From: Candidatus Eiseniibacteriota bacterium | Lineage (GTDB): Bacteria > Eisenbacteria > RBG-16-71-46 > JABDJR01 > JAWXBZ01 | Length of the DNA stretch: 40,364 nt | Assembly (NCBI GenBank): GCA_034440375.1 | Contig: JAWXBZ010000152.1 | Location: forward strand, 1 to 40,364 | Direction: 5' to 3' | Shown here: one piece after another, positions 9,301-17,243 of the stretch | How the letters are laid out: every line of letters starts with the position of its first letter | How positions within the stretch are numbered: position 1 is the first letter of the stretch | Translations under genes and position numbers: made by a program | The notes under the pieces: model-generated | Databases searched by the model: none | Told to the model about the DNA's origin: nothing | The model's input: the letters and a program-made list of their open reading frames with translations, nothing else

Positions 9301-11406
9301 ATGCCTCCGACATCCCCCCGCCCGCTACCGGCCGAACTCGGCCCGGAAACGCCTGTCCAGTACCTGAAAGGCGCCGGGCCCCGCCGGGCCGAAACCCTGG
9401 CCCGCCTCGAGATTCGGACCGTCCTGGATCTATTGAACCACTTCCCCCGGGCCTGGGCCGATCGGAGCCGGCTCGGATCCATCGCAATGGCGGAGGTCGG
9501 ACACGATTTGACGATCCTGGCCACCGTCCGCCGGGTCGACGTTTCTCGCCGCGCCAGCCGGGCGGACACGGTGGTTACGCTCGAGGACGGGACGGGCGTC
9601 CTCCAGGCAATCTGGTTCGGACAGCCTTACATGAAACGTCACTTCGAGGCCGGCCAGCAGCTGATGGTTTCCGGCACGGTCGGCTTTCACGAGCGGAAGC
9701 GGTTGTCGAACCCCGAGTGGGAAATCTGGACGGAGGATGTGGACTCGGCAAACGTCGGGCGGATCGTGCCGATCTATCCGTCCACCGCGGGCATGAGTCA
9801 GCGAGTGCTTCGCGGCCTGGTCCGCCAGGCGCTGGAACTATGCCTTGATCAGCTGGAGGAGACGCTTCCCTCGGCGGTTCTGTCCGCCGAACAGCTTCCA
9901 GGGCGGCGCGAAGCGCTGCGAGTCATTCACTTTCCCGAACAGATGGAGGCGATCGACGCCGCCCGTCGACGCTTCATCTTCGAGGAAGCACTCGAAATCC
10001 AGATGTTGCTGCGCTGGCTTCGGCTCGAACGCGAAAACCGCCGCCCCGGCATCGCGTTTCCGGAATCGTCGGCGCTGGCGGATCGGCTGGAGGCTTCCCT
10101 GCCGTTCCGACTGACGGAGGATCAGCAGACGGTGCTGGCCGAGATCCGGGCCGACATGCGTCGCCCCACGCCCATGGGTCGCCTGCTCCAGGGGGATGTC
10201 GGCAGCGGCAAGACGGTGGTGGCCCTCCTGGCCGCCGCCCGGGCGGTCGATGCCGGCTACCAGGCGGCGATAATGGCCCCAACCGAGGTGCTGGCCGAGC
10301 AGCACCTCGTCACATTCGAAAAGCTGGCCACCCCGCTCGGCATCCGGGTCGTCCGGTTGACGGGGCAGCTCAAGTCGGCGGAACGGGTCCGTGTCCTGGC
10401 CGAAATTCGCTCCGGTGTTGCCGGGATCGCCGTGGGTACTCACGCGCTGATCCAGGAGGGGGTGGAGTTTCATAACCTCGGGCTGGTGGTCGTCGATGAG
10501 CAGCATCGCTTTGGAGTCCTGCAGCGGGCTGATCTCAAGACGAAGGGACGAACTCCCGACCTGCTGGCCATGACCGCCACACCGATTCCGCGGACGCTCT
10601 ACCTGACCAGGGCCGCTGACCTGAAACTCAGCCAGATCCGGAGCCGCCCGGCGGGACGCGGCAGGGTCGTCACCCGCGTGGCCGGCGAGGCGAGCCGCGA
10701 GAAGGTTTACGATGTCCTCCGACGGGAGATTGACAAGGGACGGCAGGTTTACGTGGTCTATCCGCTCATCGACGAGTCCGAAAAAATCGACTTGAAGGCA
10801 GCCACCGTGATGTTCGCCACCCTGACAGCCCACCCCAGGCTTTCGGGCGTGCGGGCGGGACTTCTGCACGGACGGCTGAAGGCAGCGGACAAGTCGGCAA
10901 TTCTCGATGCGTTTCGAGCGGGGACGATCGATCTGCTCGTGACCACCACGGTCATCGAAGTCGGTATCGATGTACCGAACGCCACCGTCATGGTCATCGA
11001 GCACCCGGAAAGGTTCGGACTTTCGCAGTTGCATCAGCTCCGGGGGCGAATTGGGCGGGGTTCCGAAACTTCCTACTGCATCCTGATCGAGGAGTCGGCA
11101 GGCGGTGCCGGCCACGAGCGTCTTCGGCTCTTCGAGACGACGCTCGACGGCTTTATCCTGGCCGAAGCCGACTTGCGGTTCCGTGGTGCCGGTAGCATAC
11201 TGGGCGTTCGCCAGAGTGGTCCGGCAGGGTTCGGCCTCAACATTCTCGATCCCATTCGCGATGAAGCGGTGCTGGAGCGGGCCCATGCAATGGCCAATCG
11301 ATTGGCGAACGAGGATCCGCAATTGCTCGACCCCGCGTGGGGCGGAATGCGCACGCGACTCAAGAAGACCATCGACGACAGCCGGCGGTTCCTCGATGCC
11401 GGCTGA
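9301..11406 (+). CDS. recG: ATP-dependent DNA helicase RecG
   Basis: Wedge domain, Walker A 'GDVGSGKT', 'MAPTEVLAEQH', 'DEQHRFGV', 'MTATPIPRTL', 'TTVIEVGIDVPNA', 'ERFGLSQLHQLRGRIGRG'. Confidence 0.97.
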   Translation: MPPTSPRPLPAELGPETPVQYLKGAGPRRAETLARLEIRTVLDLLNHFPRAWADRSRLGSIAMAEVGHDLTILATVRRVDVSRRASRADTVVTLEDGTGVLQAIWFGQPYMKRHFEAGQQLMVSGTVGFHERKRLSNPEWEIWTEDVDSANVGRIVPIYPSTAGMSQRVLRGLVRQALELCLDQLEETLPSAVLSAEQLPGRREALRVIHFPEQMEAIDAARRRFIFEEALEIQMLLRWLRLERENRRPGIAFPESSALADRLEASLPFRLTEDQQTVLAEIRADMRRPTPMGRLLQGDVGSGKTVVALLAAARAVDAGYQAAIMAPTEVLAEQHLVTFEKLATPLGIRVVRLTGQLKSAERVRVLAEIRSGVAGIAVGTHALIQEGVEFHNLGLVVVDEQHRFGVLQRADLKTKGRTPDLLAMTATPIPRTLYLTRAADLKLSQIRSRPAGRGRVVTRVAGEASREKVYDVLRREIDKGRQVYVVYPLIDESEKIDLKAATVMFATLTAHPRLSGVRAGLLHGRLKAADKSAILDAFRAGTIDLLVTTTVIEVGIDVPNATVMVIEHPERFGLSQLHQLRGRIGRGSETSYCILIEESAGGAGHERLRLFETTLDGFILAEADLRFRGAGSILGVRQSGPAGFGLNILDPIRDEAVLERAHAMANRLANEDPQLLDPAWGGMRTRLKKTIDDSRRFLDAG

Positions 11407-11425
11407 ACCGGGCGGAACGACACCC

Positions 11426-11842
11426 ATGTACCTGCGCTGTCCCGACTGCAAGACTCGCTACGAAATATCAGCAGCCCGCATCCCCGATGGCGGCGCGCGG
11501 GTTCGTTGCCCCCGCTGCCGGACAGTCTTCCAAGTCTCGCGTCCCCTGAACGGCAACGGCACCCCGCCGCCGGCGGCCCGCACCGTGGAACCGGGAGCAC
11601 CGGTCGACGCGGAAACCGCCCGCCGAATTGCCCGTGCCTTGATCGGCGATCTGGTGAATCTGCGCCATCAATCGCTGGACGACGCCCGTCGGGACGGCCG
11701 GGTTCTCTCGACGCTCGGCAATGAGCTGCTTGAAGTCTGGGACGACTATCGCCGGAAGGTCGGCGAGGATCAGCCGGAGGATGGCCGGATCTTTCGCGAG
11801 GCGGTCAACGACCTGCTGGGGCAGGGGCAGGCGATTCTCTAG
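11426..11842 (+). CDS. MJ0042-type zinc-ribbon protein with C-terminal helical domain
   Basis: 'CPDCKTRYEI.....PDGGARVRCPRCRTVFQV' zinc ribbon, a Pro-rich linker, then 'ARRIARALIGDL...FREAVNDLLGQG'. Alternative ATG at 11396 overlaps the recG stop. Confidence 0.82.
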   Translation: MYLRCPDCKTRYEISAARIPDGGARVRCPRCRTVFQVSRPLNGNGTPPPAARTVEPGAPVDAETARRIARALIGDLVNLRHQSLDDARRDGRVLSTLGNELLEVWDDYRRKVGEDQPEDGRIFREAVNDLLGQGQAIL

Positions 11843-11878
11843 TCGCCGCGGGGCGCCAGCCCCGTGGCCACGGCGTTG

Positions 11879-12817
11879 CTAGCGCGGGCAGCCGTCTTCC
11901 ACTTCCAGGGCCCCGATCAATCCGCATCCCCCGGAGTTCGCCGCGGTCAGACCCGAGGCTTCGCTCAACCGATAACTCCCGAGGCAGAACTGTGGATTGA
12001 CCGCGAAATTGTTTTCCCCCGGCACGCCGATCTCGTTCACCGTACCGTAATTCGCCGTGCCGCTCAGGAAGGCGTTGTTGCAGAAGACCGTCGGCGTGCT
12101 GCTGGCTTCGTCAAAGTAGAGGCCGTGTAACCGCGCCCGAATGATGTTGTTGTTGGCGACAGTGTCGTTCGAGCCGATGTGCATGCCACAATCGCCGGCA
12201 TCGACGATCGTGTTCTTGTCGATCGTCAGCTGCGATCGATCACCGGTCAGGACGCCGAACCGGCCGCCGAAGCCGCCGGCTGCCACCGGTCTGAACTCGA
12301 TGAGGCAGCCGCGGACCCGCCCGGTGGAGCGCTCGCCCATGGCCTCGACCCCATCACGTGCCGGATTCCGGATTTCGAGTGTATCGATGAGGACACGCGA
12401 ATCGGCCATGACAATGGTCGTGGCGCCGCCCTTGAAAGAGAGGCGCGTCAGCCGGGTGCCGTCATGCCCCCGAAAGGTCAGGGCGTTCACATTGGGCGGA
12501 AAAACGATCTCTGGCCGGGTGGTCGAACGGGTTGTCGAGCGGATGAGGATCGGGCTGACATCCGCCTCGAAGACATAGCCCTGTGACATGACGAACTGGG
12601 GGCTGGCAAATCCGCCGTCGATCTCGATCGTGTCACCGGAAGTGATGGTCCGGAGGGCTGTGTCCAGCTCCGCGGCGGTTCGGACGACCCGCAGCGTCGG
12701 GAACTCCGGCGGGGGTGGGACATCGTCCTCACTGCAACCCGTGGTTTCGATCAGGGCGCACAGGCCAACCAGCAACAGGATCGGGGACAGGGAAAAAAAA
12801 CGGCCGGCACCGGGCAT
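11879..12817 (-). CDS. Right-handed parallel beta-helix lipoprotein
   Basis: Hydrophobic signal ending in lipobox 'TTGC'; beta-helix-type repeats ('IDKNTIVD..DCGMHI', 'VANNNII....HGLYF'); C-terminal 'NFAVNPQFC...YRL...S...GCGLIGAL'. ATG 12817 follows GGAAGG. Confidence 0.75.
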   Translation of the reverse strand: MPGAGRFFSLSPILLLVGLCALIETTGCSEDDVPPPPEFPTLRVVRTAAELDTALRTITSGDTIEIDGGFASPQFVMSQGYVFEADVSPILIRSTTRSTTRPEIVFPPNVNALTFRGHDGTRLTRLSFKGGATTIVMADSRVLIDTLEIRNPARDGVEAMGERSTGRVRGCLIEFRPVAAGGFGGRFGVLTGDRSQLTIDKNTIVDAGDCGMHIGSNDTVANNNIIRARLHGLYFDEASSTPTVFCNNAFLSGTANYGTVNEIGVPGENNFAVNPQFCLGSYRLSEASGLTAANSGGCGLIGALEVEDGCPR

Positions 12818-12867
12818 GGAATCCTTCCACCGGGCGCCGGCCGAATTATCACTGGAAATGGGTTGCG

Positions 12868-13485
12868 TCAGACACCGGCCCCGGCCAGAAGGGATTGGAC
12901 CTCCGAGCCGATGAGGGTGCCCTGGCTGACGAGGATGGCCTGGACGGGGCCGGCGCCCACGTTCTTGATCCACTGCTCCCCTCGGGCCTTCACGTAAACG
13001 GCATCGTTGGCATCCAGAATGTGCGACTCGTTGCCGACGCGAAGATTACACTTTCCCCTGATCAGGTACATGACGTATTCGTCCGACGAATGAGGCATCG
13101 GGGCGATACGCAGCTCTCCGCTTCCGATCTCGACGAACAGGGTGTTCACCCCGCCCTGTCGTCCACGCTGGGTGAGCACCTCGACCCGGACGTTGTCATC
13201 GGTGCCGGAGATCCGACGCCCCCGACCCGTTCGAATGACCTGCACATCGCCAGCCGGCTCGTCCTCGAAAAACTCGGCCATGGAAACCCCGAGAACCTGT
13301 GAGATCTTGTGAAGCGAGGCGATCGACGGCGATGAGACACCACGTTCGATCGTGGAAATCTGACCATTGGTGATACCTACCTGCACCGCCAGATCCAACT
13401 GGGTCAGATTTTGTGCCTTGCGAAGGCGTCGCAGCTTCTGGCCAATGTATCCGACAAAGCCCGTATCCTCGACATGTTCCAGCAT
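12868..13485 (-). CDS. XRE-family HTH transcriptional regulator with cupin domain
   Basis: 'IGQKLRRLRKAQNLTQLDLA..VGIT.GQISTIERGVSSPSIASLHKI..VLGV', then cupin 'PHSSDEYVMYLIRG....VGNESHILDANDAVY'. AAGGAG SD upstream of ATG 13485. Confidence 0.9.
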   Translation of the reverse strand: MLEHVEDTGFVGYIGQKLRRLRKAQNLTQLDLAVQVGITNGQISTIERGVSSPSIASLHKISQVLGVSMAEFFEDEPAGDVQVIRTGRGRRISGTDDNVRVEVLTQRGRQGGVNTLFVEIGSGELRIAPMPHSSDEYVMYLIRGKCNLRVGNESHILDANDAVYVKARGEQWIKNVGAGPVQAILVSQGTLIGSEVQSLLAGAGV

Positions 13486-13546
13486 GTTTGTTTGCTCCTT
13501 CCAACAGATTCGCCAGACCCATCTGGCGCTTGATATCACTGTCTAT

Positions 13547-13563
13547 TACAAGGAGCGTGCCAA
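13547..13563 (-). promoter_or_regulatory. Candidate sigma54 (-24/-12) promoter for the XRE-cupin / beta-helix lipoprotein genes
   Basis: Minus strand TTGGCACGCTCCTTGTA versus consensus TGGCAC-N5-TTGCW: perfect -24 element, -12 reads GT instead of GC. Confidence 0.6.
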
Positions 13564-13633
13564 GCGCGTGGTCAACGGCTGATAAGTTGCCGTGTTTCGA
13601 ACCAGGCATGGGTGTCGCCGGGACGTGATCCCG

Positions 13634-13658
13634 TAACATATAAAATGACTATGAGTTA
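13634..13658. promoter_or_regulatory. AT-rich 25-bp TAAC-N17-GTTA dyad (possible IHF/architectural-protein site)
   Basis: TAACATATAAAATGACTATGAGTTA lies between the candidate enhancer and the sigma54 promoter; same length and ends as the dyad at 19626-19650. Confidence 0.35.
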
Positions 13659-13766
13659 GGTTGGGCGCCAGTCACCGCGACAGCATTTCGATTGCGACGG
13701 TCATTCCAGTCATGAGCCATTGAAATTAGGCGGGTAAGGTCGCGTAGACTAGAATGAGTCAAGACA

Positions 13767-13803
13767 TTTCTCAAATTGGGACACAATTTCTAGAATCTGG
13801 ACA
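13767..13803. repeat. Tandem 17-bp imperfect palindromes (candidate upstream activating sequences)
   Basis: TTTCTCAAATTGGGACA (13767-13783) and TTTCTAGAATCTGGACA (13787-13803) are 13/17 identical with a 20-bp period. The second overlaps the activator's stop codon. Confidence 0.55.
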
Positions 13804-15145
13804 AGTGATGATTCCAGCGTTTCAATTTATTGTAAAGCGAGCTCCGGGGAATCCCGAGGCGTCGTGCGGCACTTTCAACCCGGCCACCCTCCTCCAGCAG
13901 CACCTGCTCCACATACCGTTTCTCCATTGCTTCCAGGGTCAGGTCGCCGGCCTCGGCCAGCACGACCCGCGCCTCGGGGAGTGGGTTGAACGGAATGTCC
14001 TTGCGGGCGAGCTGGCCCTCGCCGGCCAGGAGCACCGCCCGCTCGAGCACGTTGCGCAGCTCGCGGATGTTTCCCGGCCAGGCGTACTGACGCAGGGCGT
14101 CCACGGCATCCGGGGCGAGTTCCATGGCAGGGCGGCCACTCTCCCGGGCGAAACCATCGAGGAACTGCCGGGCCAGGATCGGGATGTCCTCCTGACGATC
14201 GCGCAGGGCCGGAACGGTGAGGGGAATGGCGTTGATCCGGTAGTACAGATCGTCCCGGAAGCGCCCCTCCTGGACCGCGCGCGCCAGATCCTGGTGGGTG
14301 GCCGCAATGAGTCGGATATCGACCGAACGATCCTTCACATCGCCCAGGCGACGGAACCGTTTCTCCTCCAGAACTTTCAACAGTTTCGGCTGGAGGTCAC
14401 GGTCGACATCCCCGATCTCGTCCAGGAAGACGCTGCCCCGGTCGGCCACCTCGAGCAACCCTTTCTTCGCGGCGATGGCGCCGGTGAACGATCCCCGTTC
14501 GTGGCCGAACAGTTCGCTCTCCAGAAATTCGCGCGACAGCCCGGCGCAGTTCAGATCGACAAACGCCTCGTCGCGCCGTGGACCACTCTCGTGGAGCCAT
14601 CGGGCCAGAACCCCCTTGCCGACGCCTGTTTCTCCGAGGATCAGGATCGGGCTGTCGGAAGTCAGCATGCGGCCGGCCTGATCCCTCAAGCTCTCGATGA
14701 TCCGACTCTCGCCGGCAAACGGATCTATGGGAGGATGACGGGTGGCGTTGGATCCGGCCACCTCGCGGCGCACGCGGCGATGCCGGTCGATGGCGCGCTG
14801 AATCAGAACATGAAGGGCCGGCAGCTGGACCGGCTTCGTCAGGAACTGATCCGCTCCCTGCTGGATGGCTGTCACCGCCAGGTCGATGGTCCCGTGGCCG
14901 GTCAGTATGAGTATCGGGACATCGCTGTCGATGGCCTTGAGACGGGGGAGAAGTTCGAGTGCGTTACCGTCCGGGAGCCGGTAATCGAGGACGACGACGT
15001 CCGGACGTGCGGTGCGGAAAACCTCCACGGCCATCCCGGCCGTCTCGGCCTCGAGCACCTCGTAACCCTGGATCTCCAGGTACTCCCGAACCGCCGCGCG
15101 TGCGGCCGGATCGTCATCAACCAGCTGGATGCGATGTCGAGACAT
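13790..15145 (-). CDS. sigma54-dependent response regulator (NtrC family; REC-AAA+-Fis HTH)
   Basis: REC 'LVDDD...VLDYRLPDGN...LTGHG...FLTKP', Walker A 'GETGVGK', 'ESELFGHERGSFTGA', Walker B 'FLDEIG', 'WPGNIREL', HTH 'AARRLGIPRSSLYNKLK'. Confidence 0.95.
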   Translation of the reverse strand: MSRHRIQLVDDDPAARAAVREYLEIQGYEVLEAETAGMAVEVFRTARPDVVVLDYRLPDGNALELLPRLKAIDSDVPILILTGHGTIDLAVTAIQQGADQFLTKPVQLPALHVLIQRAIDRHRRVRREVAGSNATRHPPIDPFAGESRIIESLRDQAGRMLTSDSPILILGETGVGKGVLARWLHESGPRRDEAFVDLNCAGLSREFLESELFGHERGSFTGAIAAKKGLLEVADRGSVFLDEIGDVDRDLQPKLLKVLEEKRFRRLGDVKDRSVDIRLIAATHQDLARAVQEGRFRDDLYYRINAIPLTVPALRDRQEDIPILARQFLDGFARESGRPAMELAPDAVDALRQYAWPGNIRELRNVLERAVLLAGEGQLARKDIPFNPLPEARVVLAEAGDLTLEAMEKRYVEQVLLEEGGRVESAARRLGIPRSSLYNKLKRWNHHLSRF

Positions 15146-17063
15146 GCGCTCCTTCCATGATCAGTTCGCCGGCGGCCACGGCGGCGGGGGACGTTGGGAA
15201 CCAGAGGAGAACCTTTGCCCCCCCCTCGGGCCGATTGCCGGCCTCGATCTGTCCGCCGTGCAGCTCGACGATGCGCCGAACAATGGAGAGGCCGAGCCCG
15301 GTTCCACCGTAGCGCTCACTGACGAATGGCTCAAAGATACGGCTGATCGGACCGGGATTGAAACCCGGACCCGAGTCATCCACGTGAGCCGTGACGCCGT
15401 CACGCCCATCCCTCGCCGCGGGGACTGCGCCGACAACCACCCGCCCTCCGGCCGGTGAGTGTTGAACAGCGTTCTCGATCAGGTTTTGAAAGACCTGGAG
15501 AATCATGTGTCCGTCGAGCAGAAATCGCGGCAGGTCCTCCGGCACCCGGTTCTCGATCACGACGCCGAGATCGCGCAGCGGTGCCGGCAGGAGTTCAATG
15601 GCCCGCTCGACGCACTCGTGGAGCGAGGTCAGCTCCAGATCGATACGGGGCGGCTTCCCGTAGTCGAGCAGCTGATTCATCAACCGGGAGAGGCGTACGA
15701 CCGATCCGCGCAGGGCACCCAGGTAGGACTGATACTCGGGCCTGGCGCCAAAGCGGGCTTCGAAGGCATCGAGGGATGCCGAAATGGTGAACAGCGGGTT
15801 GCGAACCTCGTGGGCCACGCCGCCGACAAGGCCGCCGATGGCCGACATCGCTTCGCTTTGGGCGAGCATGGCAAGAAGCCGATTCCGTTCCGCCTCGGAT
15901 TCCAGGCGGTCGGTAACATCGATTGAGCTGCCGACAATTTCGGTGGGTTGGCCGCCCGGACCCGACAGGACACGCAGTTCAATCGAAAGGGAGCGAAGGC
16001 GGCCGTCCCGATGTCGGAATCGAAGGACATCGCCTGTGTGTCCGGTGACGAGCAATTGCTCGCGCCAGCCGCGGTGACTTTCCAGATCCTCCTCGGCAAG
16101 GAGATGTTTCCAGAGATGTGGGTCCGCAAGGAATCGGCCCGATTCAAAGCCAAGCTGGTCGACCACGTTGGAACTGAGGAAGGTGGCCTCGAACGGGATC
16201 TCCGGACGGAAACTGAACAGGACGGCCGGGCTGGTCGACAGGAGGCGATCAACGCGCTGGAGCGATTCCTCGATGGCCTGTTCGGCGCGACGGGATTTCG
16301 TGACGTCCCGAAAGCTCCAGACCCGTCCCACAATCCGCTCACCGATCCTCTGCGGCCTGGAATAGCGTTCCACGATGCGTCCGTCCCGAAAGAGAAGGGT
16401 TTCGAAACTCTCGTCGGCCGGATGTTCGTACAACTCGCGAACACGATTCTGGAAGGCCACCGGGTCGACCAGCTGCGATAGGACAGCACCCACCAGGGCC
16501 TCGTCCCGGCGCTCGTGGAGCAGATCGGCGGAAATGCCCCAGATCTCCGCGAACCGGCCGTTGACGCTCGACACGCGCTGGTGCTGGTCCACAACGAGGA
16601 TCCCGTCCGCGGTTGACTCCAGGGTGGCCATCAAGAGGGAGAGCGACTCGGAGAGGTCGCGACGGTGTTCGATATCGCGCTGGCGGGCATTCGACAGGAT
16701 TTCCCGCTCGCGACTCGCCACCCAGGTACCGACCGCCCCGGCGGCGACCATGCCGAGGGCCGCGGGCAGATGGAGGTTCGAAAGCGGCTCGCCCCGGAGG
16801 AGTCCGGTGACGATCGTCACCACGACGCAGATCCCCGTCAGGACGACCGTGGTCATCGGCCCCGCGAGCATGGCCGCGAGGATCGGGACCAGCATCAGGA
16901 GCTGAATGTAGTGGTAGTCAGTTCCGGACAGGTAATCGATCAGGGCAACCAGCGGGATGATCGCGAGCAGGAGGATCGTCCGGGCACGACGATCCTCCGG
17001 GGGGGGAACGTCCGGATCGGCCGGTCGGTTGGGAAACGGGTGGAGCGCCGCTCGGTTGGTCAT
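15117..17063 (-). CDS. Membrane-anchored PAS-PAS sensor histidine kinase
   Basis: Four N-terminal TM segments, two PAS/PAC domains ('VWSFRDVT', 'GSSIDVT'), H-box 'GVAHEVRNPL', N-box 'NLIENAVQH', 'DSGPG', 'FEPF', 'GTGLGL'. ATG at 17063; the ORF-track extension to 17810 is antisense to the MglA gene. Overlaps the cognate regulator. Confidence 0.92.
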   Translation of the reverse strand: MTNRAALHPFPNRPADPDVPPPEDRRARTILLLAIIPLVALIDYLSGTDYHYIQLLMLVPILAAMLAGPMTTVVLTGICVVVTIVTGLLRGEPLSNLHLPAALGMVAAGAVGTWVASREREILSNARQRDIEHRRDLSESLSLLMATLESTADGILVVDQHQRVSSVNGRFAEIWGISADLLHERRDEALVGAVLSQLVDPVAFQNRVRELYEHPADESFETLLFRDGRIVERYSRPQRIGERIVGRVWSFRDVTKSRRAEQAIEESLQRVDRLLSTSPAVLFSFRPEIPFEATFLSSNVVDQLGFESGRFLADPHLWKHLLAEEDLESHRGWREQLLVTGHTGDVLRFRHRDGRLRSLSIELRVLSGPGGQPTEIVGSSIDVTDRLESEAERNRLLAMLAQSEAMSAIGGLVGGVAHEVRNPLFTISASLDAFEARFGARPEYQSYLGALRGSVVRLSRLMNQLLDYGKPPRIDLELTSLHECVERAIELLPAPLRDLGVVIENRVPEDLPRFLLDGHMILQVFQNLIENAVQHSPAGGRVVVGAVPAARDGRDGVTAHVDDSGPGFNPGPISRIFEPFVSERYGGTGLGLSIVRRIVELHGGQIEAGNRPEGGAKVLLWFPTSPAAVAAGELIMEGAHVSTSHPAG

Positions 17064-17121
17064 TGGCTGATTTGCTTCGGCCGGCCGCGCCCCCATCCGG
17101 GGCCGCGGCAGGGTCGATCGG

Positions 17122-17130
17122 AGTCTACCA
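17122..17130 (-). promoter_or_regulatory. Candidate extended -10 (TGgTAGACT) for the kinase/regulator operon
   Basis: TGn-TAnnnT match about 58 nt upstream of ATG 17063. Confidence 0.35.
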
Positions 17131-17243
17131 ACCAGCCTCGGACCCTGTCGAGATTCCCCTAAACCGGGAGCGACATGGGGTCGATACCTCCTGAACTGGA
17201 CATTAACGATCTCGGAATCACCCTCTCGGGAGGTCAATCTTTC

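Noticed and set aside
12793-12800. A8 homopolymer in the lipoprotein signal sequence as a phase-variation tract
   Set aside because: Eight bases is short, the frame is intact, and the run simply overlaps Phe-Phe codons; there is no evidence of variation.
13754-15160. 468-aa plus-strand ORF, and similar long shadow ORFs (9838-11451, 30295-31593, 25003-25848, 36091-37116, 7554-8588)
   Set aside because: Each is antisense to a gene with clear family motifs. Long stop-free antisense frames are expected with high-GC codon bias, and they show no motifs of their own.
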